Shown one piece after another: positions 44,896 through 54,908 of a stretch of 64,000 nt of DNA. Origin of the DNA: Minisyncoccota bacterium (GTDB lineage Bacteria; Patescibacteriota; Minisyncoccia; Phycocordibacterales; UBA918); contig JALHRC010000005.1 of assembly GCA_022841645.1 (NCBI GenBank), positions 2,804-66,803 of the forward strand, read 5' to 3'. The notes under the pieces are model-generated. The model did not search any database, was not told the DNA's origin, and saw only the letters and a list, made by a program, of their open reading frames with translations. Numbering within the stretch: the stretch's first letter is position 1; each line of letters starts with the position of its first letter. A program made the translations under genes and the position numbers.

Positions 44896-46356
44896 TCAAC
44901 TCATCTGCACTCGGAGAGCGAGCTTGGTGCCAGTCGCATCGATAAATAGCAGCGCGACCGCATCACCCGACCAGAGGTCGTGAAGGCGGCGTGGCAAATT
45001 GGGGTCAACGATCAAATCACCCGAGGTACTGGGAATGGTAACAGCTTGTTCATAGTCCCAACCACCAGAGAAACCACCGGAGCGCACTCCCCCTTCGTGA
45101 AATTGAAAAAGAAGCGTGTAGGGCGAACCATCAGCATGGCGTGGCCACCCATTTCCTTGTGCCCACGCTGGCCAACCGCCCAATTTATCGCACAGAAGCG
45201 GACCAGCGTCGTCACTGTTGACGGTACTACTCGCAGTATCAGCCACAGCCGGCGCATCTTGGTCATCAGGATCTTCTTGATACTCGTCCCATCCGGTAAT
45301 CGCACCCGGAGCAATCACCGCATGTCTGTCTGCAACGGGGTCATGGAGTGTTGTGAGTCCAGTCGATTTTTCTAGTACCAAAGCACACACTCCCTCATCA
45401 CTCTCAGCAAACACCTTACAACCACGATCGGCATTGGCGCAGACAAATAGTTGCGCCAGCCCGGCAGTCGGTGACGGGAGCGGAGCCGGAATCGCTTCGA
45501 GGTCGAGTGTCAGGAGGTGTACCAAGGGCTCACCGCAGGAGCGACAACGCGGCCACTCTCCACCCGCTAGACGCAGCGCCGTCGTACCGCCTAGCATACT
45601 GTTTGCTCCATCAGAAGAACCGACTGTCGGTATAAAGACCGGTCGTGGATCGATCGTTGGGACTGGCCGCTTGGAAAGCGGTGGCGCGAGGCGCGGGGAG
45701 GGCAGCGGCGCTGGGGTAGGTACTTCGGGCAGCAGCTCTTTGTGTACCACCACACTACCATCGTGCGACACGTGCACAACCGGCACAAAACCGCTCGCCG
45801 TACGCAGCTGCAGTGAAACCAATCGGGGTTTTCCCTCCGCGTTTATTCCAGCCTCGAGGGCCAGACCAAATTGCACCATTGATAATTCGCTGTGCTGGGC
45901 GTCGAGATATTCCCGCGCCGCAGCAAGACTCGAGGCTGCACATCCAATGAGTAACTGCTGCCCGGTCATAGCTGCATTTACCACCAGTTGCAAATCTTCA
46001 TCAGACATTAGTTCTTTTGCGGGCAGTTCAATAATGGCAATCGTATCGGGATCTTGGCGCATGAGGGCCCGCAGCGCCGCTCCAAAATTAAGTGGAGCAG
46101 CCGCTCCATCCCCTGCCGGTGCCGAACGCACGAGCACTTCCCCACTACTAGTCGTGGTAACTAGAAAAACATTTTTGTTTAGAGCGGGAAAGGTGTCAGT
46201 CAGGCGCGTGGTGATCGGTGCCAACGCTTCTTTAGCACCATACACCAACACATGGGCATATCCCTGAGTGTATAAAAGAAATCGCAGCACGCGGGTAAAG
46301 TCACGCTGTGATTCGTCCTCTAGAAAATCATCAAGGGCGGTGAGATCGTTTGACAT
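44896..46356 (-). CDS. Hypothetical two-domain protein with a C-terminal DUF1963 (YwqG-like) domain
   Basis: The C-terminal region (GGWPAWAQGNGWP..LLFQF) is typical of DUF1963. The N-terminal domain is unassigned. Confidence 0.5.
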   Translation of the reverse strand: MSNDLTALDDFLEDESQRDFTRVLRFLLYTQGYAHVLVYGAKEALAPITTRLTDTFPALNKNVFLVTTTSSGEVLVRSAPAGDGAAAPLNFGAALRALMRQDPDTIAIIELPAKELMSDEDLQLVVNAAMTGQQLLIGCAASSLAAAREYLDAQHSELSMVQFGLALEAGINAEGKPRLVSLQLRTASGFVPVVHVSHDGSVVVHKELLPEVPTPAPLPSPRLAPPLSKRPVPTIDPRPVFIPTVGSSDGANSMLGGTTALRLAGGEWPRCRSCGEPLVHLLTLDLEAIPAPLPSPTAGLAQLFVCANADRGCKVFAESDEGVCALVLEKSTGLTTLHDPVADRHAVIAPGAITGWDEYQEDPDDQDAPAVADTASSTVNSDDAGPLLCDKLGGWPAWAQGNGWPRHADGSPYTLLFQFHEGGVRSGGFSGGWDYEQAVTIPSTSGDLIVDPNLPRRLHDLWSGDAVALLFIDATGTKLALRVQMS

Positions 46357-46480
46357 ACGTACTTATACTACCACACAGCAAACCAAAGTGGGTCATTGCG
46401 CCACATAGCACGTAGATACACGCTTTTCTAAGTAATTATTTGACAGATATATGTAAAGTGGGTAATTGTTACAGCTATCC

Positions 46481-48874
46481 ATGAAGAAAAACACCCTCGT
46501 CATCGTCGAGTCGCCCTCAAAGGCTAAAACTATTGAAAAATACCTTGGCCCCGGCTATAAGGTGATGTCGTCGATTGGTCACGTCCGTGACCTCCCTAAA
46601 AGCAACACCGACGCAGTCGATACCGAGCATGGCTTTGTCCCTACGTATATTGTATCGCCCGGAAAGAATAAGGTGATTGCGGGACTACGTGCCGCGGCCA
46701 AAAGCGCTGACGAAGTGCTCCTGGCGTCCGACCCCGACCGCGAAGGAGAAGCGATCGCCTGGCATGTGGCAGAACTCATCAAAGACCAAAACGACAACTT
46801 AAAGCGCGTCGTCTTTCACGAAATTACAGAAGAGGCGGTAAAAAACGCCATCGCCCACCCGCGCGATCTTGATCTCAATCTCAAAGAAGCACAGGAAGCA
46901 CGGCGCGTACTCGATCGCCTGGTGGGCTACGACCTCTCGGGCCTCATCTGGAAAAAGGTGCGCTATGGCCTATCAGCCGGGCGGGTACAATCGCCAGCGC
47001 TGCGCATCGTGATGGAGCGCGAGCGACTAATTCGAGAGTTCATCCCCGAAGCGTTCTTTGTGCTGACCGCAGAGACACTCACGCCCCAAAAAACTCCTCT
47101 CACGCTTGTTTGTAGCGAGGAGCCCAAGGAGCGCAGTGAGGCCGAACGTATCGAACGAGTAGGTAAGAAGCACCCGTGGGCAGTGGCCGCCATTACCGAA
47201 AGCGAACAAGCTCGCCTGCCCCGCGCGCCCTTCACCACCTCTACCCTGCAGCAAACGGCGTCAACGCGTCTGGGCTTTTCGCCGTCACGCACCATGGGTG
47301 CGGCGCAGAAGCTCTACGAAGCTGGGCACATCACCTACATGCGTACCGACTCAACGACCCTCAGTGCCACCGCACAGAAGGATATGATTGCGCTCATTGC
47401 GAAAGAATTTGGAAAAGATTACGTCAGTCCCCGCCAGTACAAAACCAAAAGTAAGTCTGCTCAAGAAGCGCACGAGGCGATTCGACCCACCCGCGCCTTC
47501 ACCCGCAGTGCTGGTAGCACCGCCGACCAGAAGGCGCTGTATGAGCTCATTTGGGGGCGCGCTATCGCCTCGCAAATGCGGGAGGCCCGCACGCTGCGCA
47601 CTAAGGTAAGTGGCAATGTAACCGGGACGAGCGAAGCCATTCCCAACTTTGAAGTCCACGGTTCGCGCATTATCGACGAAGGCTGGCTCCGGGCCGACCC
47701 GCGCGCCCGCGGTGAGGAAGTGGAAGTACCCAAGCTAAAAGTCGGTGATCCCCTTTCCCTCACCGCACTTTCAATCGAAGACAAATTCACCCAGCCACCT
47801 AGTCGCTATACCGAAGCGGGTCTCATTAAAGAACTCGAGAAGCGCGGCATCGGGCGCCCCTCGACCTACGCTTCCATCATGAACACCATCACCGAGCGTG
47901 GCTATGTGGTGAAGGAGGGTCGTACCCTTATCCCGACCGCCACTGGTGACGTAGTCTCCACTTTCCTCGAGCAACATTTTGCCGACTACATTAGCGACAC
48001 CTTCACGAGTGAGATGGAAGACGAGCTCGATGAAATCGCTGAAGGCAAACGCACGTACGTGAAAACCTTGGAAGATTTTTATCGTCCGTTTCAGAAGGCC
48101 GTAGCAAGCAAGGAGTCGATTGAAAAACTCACCAACCTGGGGCCAGGACCAAAGAAGTTCCCCTGCCCTAAATGTGGGAGCACGATGGTGATAAAGCTCG
48201 GCAAGTCGGGCACCTTCCTTTCCTGCGACCGCTTCCCCGACTGCGATGGTGCCCGCCTTATTGACGGTAGCGAGGTCAAGCCCGAGGAACCGATTGGTCT
48301 CCATCCCGAGACCCAAGAGCCGATCTTCGTCATGAATGGTAAGTACGGTCCCTACCTACAGCTCGGCCTGACGCCTGAGAAAGTAAAAAAGGTGAAGGGC
48401 AAGAAAACTCCTAAAGTTGAGGCGGTTCCTCCACCGCGGCGCGCTGCTTTGCCGCCCAGTGTAGACCCCAGTACCGTCACGCTCGAACAAGCGATTATGT
48501 TCCTTAAGCTCCCGCGTACCCTTGGCGAACATCCCGACACGGGCGAACCAGTGGTGGCGAACACTGGCAAGTTTGGTCCTTACATCGCACATGCCGGCGA
48601 CTACCGTTCACTTAAAGGCGCCGACAACCCCTACGACATTACCTTTGAGCGCGCGCTAACGATTTTCAAGGAGCCAAAGAAAATGCGTAAGGGAGAAAAA
48701 CTTCTTAAAGAACTCGGGGTAAACCCCACCACCAAGAAAATGGTAAACGTTTTTGAATCAAAGTCTGGTCGCTACCTCAAAAAAGGCTTTCGCCGTATCA
48801 GCATCCCCGACGAAGTAAAGACTGAAGATATCACCATCGAACTTGCGATGTCACTCCTTAAGGGTGGGCGCTAA
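46481..48874 (+). CDS. topA: DNA topoisomerase I
   Basis: It has the TOPRIM motif (LVIVESPSKAKTI), the catalytic Tyr region (GHITYMRTDS) and C-terminal C4 zinc ribbons (CPKCGS..C..C). Confidence 0.9.
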   Translation: MKKNTLVIVESPSKAKTIEKYLGPGYKVMSSIGHVRDLPKSNTDAVDTEHGFVPTYIVSPGKNKVIAGLRAAAKSADEVLLASDPDREGEAIAWHVAELIKDQNDNLKRVVFHEITEEAVKNAIAHPRDLDLNLKEAQEARRVLDRLVGYDLSGLIWKKVRYGLSAGRVQSPALRIVMERERLIREFIPEAFFVLTAETLTPQKTPLTLVCSEEPKERSEAERIERVGKKHPWAVAAITESEQARLPRAPFTTSTLQQTASTRLGFSPSRTMGAAQKLYEAGHITYMRTDSTTLSATAQKDMIALIAKEFGKDYVSPRQYKTKSKSAQEAHEAIRPTRAFTRSAGSTADQKALYELIWGRAIASQMREARTLRTKVSGNVTGTSEAIPNFEVHGSRIIDEGWLRADPRARGEEVEVPKLKVGDPLSLTALSIEDKFTQPPSRYTEAGLIKELEKRGIGRPSTYASIMNTITERGYVVKEGRTLIPTATGDVVSTFLEQHFADYISDTFTSEMEDELDEIAEGKRTYVKTLEDFYRPFQKAVASKESIEKLTNLGPGPKKFPCPKCGSTMVIKLGKSGTFLSCDRFPDCDGARLIDGSEVKPEEPIGLHPETQEPIFVMNGKYGPYLQLGLTPEKVKKVKGKKTPKVEAVPPPRRAALPPSVDPSTVTLEQAIMFLKLPRTLGEHPDTGEPVVANTGKFGPYIAHAGDYRSLKGADNPYDITFERALTIFKEPKKMRKGEKLLKELGVNPTTKKMVNVFESKSGRYLKKGFRRISIPDEVKTEDITIELAMSLLKGGR

Positions 48875-48922
48875 GCATTTCATTACCTTGCCAAGCACAC
48901 TTACACTCACTAGAATGAGCAA

Positions 48923-50527
48923 ATGATAACCGCTAAGCAAATTATCGCGACGGTCAGTGCAGCCACCCCCACTGACGCAGAACTCATTGAACGAGCGTTT
49001 GCCTTTGCCGAAAAAGCCCACGAAGGGCACACCCGCTACTCGGGCGAGCCCTACATGAACCACGTAGCAGCGGTGGGCCTCAAGCTCGCTGAGATGGGTA
49101 TGGGACCACGCACCATCGCGGCCGGCCTCCTGCATGACACCGTTGAGGACACTCCAGTGACTTCGGAGGATATTAAGAGAGAATTTGGCGACGAAATCCT
49201 GTTTCTCGTTGAGGGGGTAACCAAACTTTCTTCGGTGCGTTACTACGGTAGCGACCGCCACAACGAGTCCCTACGAAAACTTTTCGTCGCAACGAGTCAG
49301 GACATCCGCGTCCTCATCATTAAGCTCGCGGACCGACTCCACAACATGCTCACCCTGGAGTATGTAAAGCCAGAGAAACAACTACGCATCGCGCGCGAGA
49401 CACTCGAGATATATGTACCCGTTGCCCACCGCCTTGGAATGGGTCGAATTCGCAAGGAGCTTGAGGACTTGGCCTTCCCCTACGTCTACCCCGATGAGCA
49501 CAAGCGCGTCGCGGCACTCCTCGAGCAAAAATTTGGCAGCAGCAACGAGGTGCTTGAGCGCGAACGCAAGGTACTGCAAAAGCGTCTGGCTGATGTAAAA
49601 CTGCTCGACTTTTCTACTTCTTTCCGCGTCAAGGGTCTCTACTCACTCTTCCATAAACTCAAGCGCAAAGAATGGGACATCAATACTGTCTACGATCTGC
49701 TCGCCATGCGGGTGATTGTTTCTTCGATGGAAGACTGCTATCGCACGCTCGGTATCGTCCACGAGCTGTGGCGACCCCTGCCCGGACGAGTAAAAGACTA
49801 CATTGCCTTCCCTAAACCAAATGGCTACCAATCGATTCACACCACCGTCACCACGCACAATGGTACGATTATGGAAATCCAGATCCGCACGCGCAAGATG
49901 CACCACGAAGCCGAGTTTGGTGTCGCTTCACATATTGCCTACAAGGCTCCGGCGGTAGAAGGCGCCAAAGCACCCGTCTCACCCTTCAGTACACTCTTAC
50001 CACTCCTCTTTCGACCTTTTTCGTGGCGACAAAGTGCCAGCGCGAAAATTGAGGAGAAGCGCGAGACTCCCCACCAGCAAAAAATTCCCTTGTGGATTTC
50101 AGAAATTGGGCAGATTTACCAGAAGGACAAGGCCCCGACGGCGCAGTTTATTGAGGATATTCGCAACGACTTTTTTAGTAACCGCATCTTCGTCTTTACC
50201 CCCACCGGCGACGTGGTTGATCTCCCGGTTGGTGCCACCCCTATCGACTTTGCTTATGCTATCCATTCAGAAGTAGGTAATCACACTTTTGGTTCGAAGG
50301 TAAATAAGAAACTTGTGCAACTTGATAGTGAACTAAAGAACGGTGACATTGTCGAAATTGAAACACGCAAATCTGCCGCCCCGACCAAGCGGTGGCTCGA
50401 TTTTGCCAAAACGTCGCTAGCGCGTCGCCGTATTCGCAACGCTCTCGGACTCGATAACGGTCCAACGCATGAAAACAAGAATCCTGAAGAAAAGCGCCGG
50501 CCGCCTAGACGCGCGGGGAAAAACTAG
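48923..50527 (+). CDS. Bifunctional (p)ppGpp synthetase/hydrolase (short Rel/SpoT homolog with HD, synthetase and TGS domains)
   Basis: It has an HD domain (HD..EDT), the synthetase motifs (RVKGLYSLFHKL, GYQSIHTTV) and a C-terminal TGS-like segment. Confidence 0.85.
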   Translation: MITAKQIIATVSAATPTDAELIERAFAFAEKAHEGHTRYSGEPYMNHVAAVGLKLAEMGMGPRTIAAGLLHDTVEDTPVTSEDIKREFGDEILFLVEGVTKLSSVRYYGSDRHNESLRKLFVATSQDIRVLIIKLADRLHNMLTLEYVKPEKQLRIARETLEIYVPVAHRLGMGRIRKELEDLAFPYVYPDEHKRVAALLEQKFGSSNEVLERERKVLQKRLADVKLLDFSTSFRVKGLYSLFHKLKRKEWDINTVYDLLAMRVIVSSMEDCYRTLGIVHELWRPLPGRVKDYIAFPKPNGYQSIHTTVTTHNGTIMEIQIRTRKMHHEAEFGVASHIAYKAPAVEGAKAPVSPFSTLLPLLFRPFSWRQSASAKIEEKRETPHQQKIPLWISEIGQIYQKDKAPTAQFIEDIRNDFFSNRIFVFTPTGDVVDLPVGATPIDFAYAIHSEVGNHTFGSKVNKKLVQLDSELKNGDIVEIETRKSAAPTKRWLDFAKTSLARRRIRNALGLDNGPTHENKNPEEKRRPPRRAGKN

Positions 50528-51681
50528 ACGCCAAAATTTTTGATTGAGTAGAGATCGCTCTCGTCAATTTCCGGTTCTGATTCGGTAAGCGTAGTTTCGG
50601 GTGGTACTTCCATAACCGCTTCGCTCTCGTGTTCATACAGTGCACCGAGAGATTCACTGTGCGCAACGTCGGGTGGCAAGGCTGTCGCGGCAGGCAGAGC
50701 GCCTGAAGCTTCAGCGGAAATCACTAGTGGCGTGGCCGCAGTCAAGGCAGCTGCACCTCCGGTTGCGCTGGCCGCTTCGTGGCTACGCACCCGCTCGAGC
50801 ATGCTTTCGAGGTCGGCAATGGAGAAATAGTCGATAGTCAGTCGGCCCCCAAAATCAGTACGCTGGATCTTTACCCGCGTCCCCAGGCTGTCCATAAACT
50901 TCTTTTCCATGTCCATCAGATCAGCCTCCTGCTCAAGGTAGTCCTTCTTGCGCACTTTCTCGGTAGCAATACTGCGCGCAATCCGCTCCACCTCGCGCAC
51001 CGACAGCTTCTTTAGCAAAATCTCTTTAAAGAGCACTTCTTGCTCCTCTGGTCTATCAGACAGCATGAGGAGTGTACGCGCATGTCCCTCACTGAGTTTC
51101 CCGAGCTGTAATGCCTCAAGCACGGCCGGTGGAAGTGCCAGTAGGCGAATAGTGTTGGAGACATACTCGCGGCTGCGACCGACTTTTTCAGCCACCTGCG
51201 TGTGCGAGAGGCCAAAGACATTGGACAGCTGTTGAAACGCCATGGCGCGGTCCACCGCATTAAGATCCTCGCGCTGCAGGTTCTCGATAATGGCGAGTTC
51301 AAGTTTTTCTTGTTCTGTCTGTTCACCTTCACGAATAATGACCGGTACCAGGGTGAGCCCCGCGATCTTCGACGCACGTAAACGCCGCTCACCGGCGATC
51401 AATTCGTACTCTGAGTAGAAGGTGCCGTCTTCACGACTGCGCTCGTGCCGTGTCACCGTAAGTGGCTGCAGAATGCCGTACATACGCACTGAATCAGCCA
51501 GTTCTTTGAGCTTCTGCTCATCAAACTCCCGCCGCGGCTGAAACGGATTGGGAACAATTTTCTCTACTTCTACCCAGTAGATGGAGTCGCCATGAAATGC
51601 CATAGGAAAATACGCCGGATTACCTCCGCACCACCCGGTGCGAATTTCTGCCATTTTATCACGCCCCATGAGGCCAGGCAC
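50524..51681 (-). CDS. parB: ParB/Spo0J-like chromosome partitioning protein with an extended acidic C-terminus
   Basis: It has the ParB box (GERRLRA) and an HTH (LSHTQVAEKVGRSREYVSNTIRLL). Confidence 0.8.
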   Translation of the reverse strand: MPGLMGRDKMAEIRTGWCGGNPAYFPMAFHGDSIYWVEVEKIVPNPFQPRREFDEQKLKELADSVRMYGILQPLTVTRHERSREDGTFYSEYELIAGERRLRASKIAGLTLVPVIIREGEQTEQEKLELAIIENLQREDLNAVDRAMAFQQLSNVFGLSHTQVAEKVGRSREYVSNTIRLLALPPAVLEALQLGKLSEGHARTLLMLSDRPEEQEVLFKEILLKKLSVREVERIARSIATEKVRKKDYLEQEADLMDMEKKFMDSLGTRVKIQRTDFGGRLTIDYFSIADLESMLERVRSHEAASATGGAAALTAATPLVISAEASGALPAATALPPDVAHSESLGALYEHESEAVMEVPPETTLTESEPEIDESDLYSIKNFGV

Positions 51682-51743
51682 ACTGTTTATAACTGGGCGT
51701 TTTTCTGCTAGACTCTGTGGGATCTAGGGATTGTTTGTAGTAT

Positions 51744-51826
51744 GCCGCGGTGGCGGAATGGTAGACGCTGCGGACTCAAAATCCGTTTCCTTCACCGGAG
51801 TGAGGGTTCAAGTCCCTCCCGCGGCA
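51744..51826 (+). tRNA. tRNA-Leu (anticodon CAA)
   Basis: It has a 7-bp acceptor GCCGCGG/CCGCGGC with discriminator A, anticodon loop CUCAAAA, a long variable arm and TpsiC TTCAAGT. Confidence 0.85.
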
Positions 51827-51960
51827 CACTGCACGTAATGTTTATGGATCCGTTTTTTACAATGAGCTCAATCATGCTTGACTTGTTTATATTATCAGAG
51901 TTGCCTTAGGAGACGATAATCTTCCACGACGGAAAGTCTATTTAGGATACACTCCGCGCC

Positions 51961-52875
51961 ATGCCGAAACCAACACTCATCGCTATCGTCGGCCCTACCG
52001 CCTCGGGCAAAAGTGCACTTGCAGTCGAGCTAGCCCTTGAGCTGGGTGGCGAGGTGATTTCTGTGGATTCACGGCAGGTGTATCGTGGCATGGACATTGG
52101 CACTGGCAAGATTACCCAGGCAGAGATGCGCGGCATTCCCCACCACCTGTTTGATCTTGTCGATCCGGTAAATGACACGTACACCGCCACCGACTTTGAG
52201 CGCGACGCCAACGCTGCTATCAGTGATATTCTTGCGCGCGGTAAACAGCCGATTCTCTGTGGTGGCACTTTCTTTTACCTCGACGTTTTGCGTGGACGCA
52301 TGTCACCAGCTCCTGTCCCTCCGAACCCGCAACTTCGTGCACAGTTAGAGGCACTTTCCCTTTCTGAACTAGAAGTGCGACTGACACAACTCGACCCCGA
52401 ACGGGCGGCCACCATCGACAGCGAAAACCCCCGTCGCCTGATTCGGTCTATCGAAATCGCTACCGCCCTTGGTCATGTGCCAAAGGCTACGCCGGTGGAA
52501 TCACCATACGACTGGCACAGTATCGGCATTGATGTACCGCCAGCGACTTTGCGCCAGCGGATTAGTGAACGACTCGACGAACGATTAGCAGCGGGCATGG
52601 TTGATGAGGTGGTGAAGCTCCACGACGATGGAGTGTCGTGGGATCGGCTCGTATCGTTTGGCCTCGAGTACCGCTACATTGCCGAACATCTACAAGGCAA
52701 GCTTTCATACGGCAACATGCGCACCCAGCTTTTTTTCGCAATTTGTGGGTACGCCAAACGCCAGCGCACGTGGCTCCGCCGCGACCCGAACATACGGTGG
52801 TATCCGTTTCCGGTTGACGTACAAACGGTACTCAAGGAACTTTCTAACTACAATTCCCCAGAACCCTTCGGTTAA
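51961..52875 (+). CDS. miaA: tRNA dimethylallyltransferase
   Basis: It has the P-loop IAIVGPTASGKS and MiaA motifs (DSRQVYRGMDIGTGK). Two perfect palindromes follow (52860-52885, 52896-52917). Confidence 0.9.
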   Translation: MPKPTLIAIVGPTASGKSALAVELALELGGEVISVDSRQVYRGMDIGTGKITQAEMRGIPHHLFDLVDPVNDTYTATDFERDANAAISDILARGKQPILCGGTFFYLDVLRGRMSPAPVPPNPQLRAQLEALSLSELEVRLTQLDPERAATIDSENPRRLIRSIEIATALGHVPKATPVESPYDWHSIGIDVPPATLRQRISERLDERLAAGMVDEVVKLHDDGVSWDRLVSFGLEYRYIAEHLQGKLSYGNMRTQLFFAICGYAKRQRTWLRRDPNIRWYPFPVDVQTVLKELSNYNSPEPFG

Positions 52876-52946
52876 CCGAAGGGTTCGCACTCTTAGTTCA
52901 GCCCGTTAGTACGATCGATCGTACTAAGTGCGCCTGCCTCTTTTTT

Positions 52947-53017
52947 AAAATTCTGTTCTCGAAAACCGATCAATGTGGTAAGATGGCCCGCATCACGGGC
53001 CTATAGTTTAGTGGTAA
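52947..53017 (+). repeat. 71-nt duplicate of the tRNA-Trp promoter region plus the first 21 nt of tRNA-Trp (identical to 53184..53254)
   Basis: There is exact 71/71 identity. The copy stops in the D-loop and is followed by unrelated sequence. Confidence 0.7.
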
Positions 53018-53030
53018 GAAGCTAGTCGCT

Positions 53031-53180
53031 TCTTCCTTTCTGCGCTCACTCGGAAATCCAAACCTCATCGGCTTGGACTTCGCTCGTTTCGCTTGAAGAA
53101 AGCCTCCGGCAGGTCTTCCTTTCTGCGCTCACTCGGAAATCCAAACCTCATCGGCTTGGACTTCGCTCGTTTCGCTTGAA
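53031..53180 (+). repeat. Tandem direct repeat: two identical 67-nt units (53031-53097 and 53114-53180) separated by 16 nt
   Basis: The unit is tcttcctttctgcgctcactcggaaatccaaacctcatcggcttggacttcgctcgtttcgcttgaa, seen twice. Confidence 0.7.
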
Positions 53181-53233
53181 AGTAAAATTCTGTTCTCGAA
53201 AACCGATCAATGTGGTAAGATGGCCCGCATCAC

Positions 53234-53304
53234 GGGCCTATAGTTTAGTGGTAAAATTCTGGTCTCCAAAACCAGCGTCCTCCGTTCGAGTCGGAGTGGG
53301 CCCG
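53234..53304 (+). tRNA. tRNA-Trp (anticodon CCA)
   Basis: It has acceptor GGGCCUA/UGGGCCC with discriminator G, anticodon loop CUCCAAA and TpsiC TTCGAGT. A TGn-TAAGAT promoter-like sequence lies upstream. Confidence 0.85.
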
Positions 53305-53580
53305 CAGTCATATACAAAAAGTTAAGCACGGCACTTGCTTTGATCAGTTTTTATTTCGCCTGCCCTCACGGTATTTCGGTCAAAACCTTTCCCTAATCGA
53401 CCTTTTTCCAAGTGATGGCGAACATACAACCCCTTTAACTAGTTGGTGGAGCGCAATGCCAATGAGCACTACGGCTGTCAGCATCGGGGCCTTCCCAGGT
53501 ACACATAGTATTGGGCGATACACGATAACCAGTAAACCCCCCAAAACTCCGTAACCGCTCGTAGGCAGTTTGCCCTGTTC

Positions 53581-54318
53581 TCATCCAGTCATAAAAACAG
53601 GGCTATTACGTGAACTCAAATCAAGCGCTTGCCCTCCCCCGTGAGCACCCACACCGGTTGGATTACCTGGCGTGCGCACACCACTCGATACTTGTACGCC
53701 GCAAGATTGCTGCATCGCAATTTGACATTCTCTCGCCAATCGGGCAATTTCTTCAAGGCGAGCCGTCGATACTCCCGCTAGCTGCACTCCAGGCTGCACA
53801 ATTACTCCGGCCGCCGTAAGAATGCGCTGTGCATCAGCTGCGGTCGCCGGGTCAGGTGCTTGGCCAGGAAAACGTGGCGCTATCGCCGCACCTTGCGGCG
53901 ACTCTGGCCGATTAACATCGGGCACGGTTTGCGCAAAACACTCAATACGACTCCACGGCAATGGTCCACCTTGCATACCCTGCACTCCCAAACCCCGGAT
54001 CAACGTATCAACAGCAATCCAGGCACCTAAAATAATGAGCAGCCCAATGAACGCACTTACAAAACTTTCCTTTGCATCTTTTAGAGCGCTAGGGTTGCCA
54101 GCAGACGTCACCAGTTTGAAACCAGCTATGACAGCCAGCACCCCAAACCCGACTAAAAGTACTCCAATGAGCCAATCAATAATTGTGTTTGCCATCATCA
54201 CAAAGTCGCACGCACTGCACGTGGCTCCACTACAGGGTACAAAACCTTGTGCCTGAGTAAGATTGGGAATAAATACAAGGACAACTAGTAACTTTGTCGC
54301 TAACCACAATCGAAGCAT
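53581..54318 (-). CDS. Pilin-like protein with VirB2/TrbC-like topology (signal peptide, CxxC, two-helix hydrophobic hairpin) plus a C-terminal soluble domain
   Basis: Its N-terminal 95 residues are paralogous to 54909..55832 (LVP.C.G..C..C, DWL, AGFKL[VL]TS[AG]GNP, second hydrophobic helix). Confidence 0.4.
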   Translation of the reverse strand: MLRLWLATKLLVVLVFIPNLTQAQGFVPCSGATCSACDFVMMANTIIDWLIGVLLVGFGVLAVIAGFKLVTSAGNPSALKDAKESFVSAFIGLLIILGAWIAVDTLIRGLGVQGMQGGPLPWSRIECFAQTVPDVNRPESPQGAAIAPRFPGQAPDPATAADAQRILTAAGVIVQPGVQLAGVSTARLEEIARLARECQIAMQQSCGVQVSSGVRTPGNPTGVGAHGGGQALDLSSRNSPVFMTG

Positions 54319-54323
54319 AAAAT

Positions 54324-54887
54324 TTATTCAACGAGAGTAACTGCACTGGGACAAAAGCTGAGACCCACGTTTTGACCACCATAAAGCTCACTTGCATTGT
54401 TGGGTACAACAACACTCACCCGTAGCGTACATAGCTCACTGGTACCTAGTTTAACAAGACTTATTAGCCGATTTTCTGCTTCGCGTCGGTAAAACGAAAG
54501 GGGCTTCTGCCAAAGACTGATGGTGAAGCTTGTATCAAAATCGCTATACGTTATGGTATAGGGAGGTAATGGCAAACTTGGATCTAACGTTCCTGCCAAG
54601 TAATAAAATCCTTCATTATTTACGTCCGGTTCTACCCCTGCGTCTTCTCGAAAGTCGGTAAGTAAAATTTCAGTGTTGTCATTTCTGGTAATCGTAAGTG
54701 GGGTTCTAACTGAGGATGTTGCATTCGGCAGATTCTGTTGGTTGTCGGGTGGGAAGATGGTCACTGGCAGCACTGGCTGCTCATATACCTCGCCCTCATC
54801 AACACCAACGACCAGAATCTGCCCCAACACAAACATGGTCAGGATGAGAACTGCAGTCGCAATAGTTAAAAGAAATGTTTTTTTCAT
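54324..54887 (-). CDS. Hypothetical secreted or membrane-anchored protein (187 aa)
   Basis: It has an N-terminal signal anchor and sits between the two pilin-like paralogs. Confidence 0.4.
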   Translation of the reverse strand: MKKTFLLTIATAVLILTMFVLGQILVVGVDEGEVYEQPVLPVTIFPPDNQQNLPNATSSVRTPLTITRNDNTEILLTDFREDAGVEPDVNNEGFYYLAGTLDPSLPLPPYTITYSDFDTSFTISLWQKPLSFYRREAENRLISLVKLGTSELCTLRVSVVVPNNASELYGGQNVGLSFCPSAVTLVE

Positions 54888-54908
54888 AACTAGTTAATTT
54901 AAGTGATA

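Noticed and set aside
45353-46267. A 304-aa plus-strand ORF (Ser/Ala/Arg-rich)
   Set aside because: It is antisense to the DUF1963 gene, has a low-complexity product and lacks an RBS.
53031-53180. Possible CRISPR array (direct repeats with a spacer)
   Set aside because: There are only two repeat units. The unit is 67 nt, far longer than CRISPR repeats. The spacer is 16 nt. There are no cas genes. It is embedded in a tRNA duplication.
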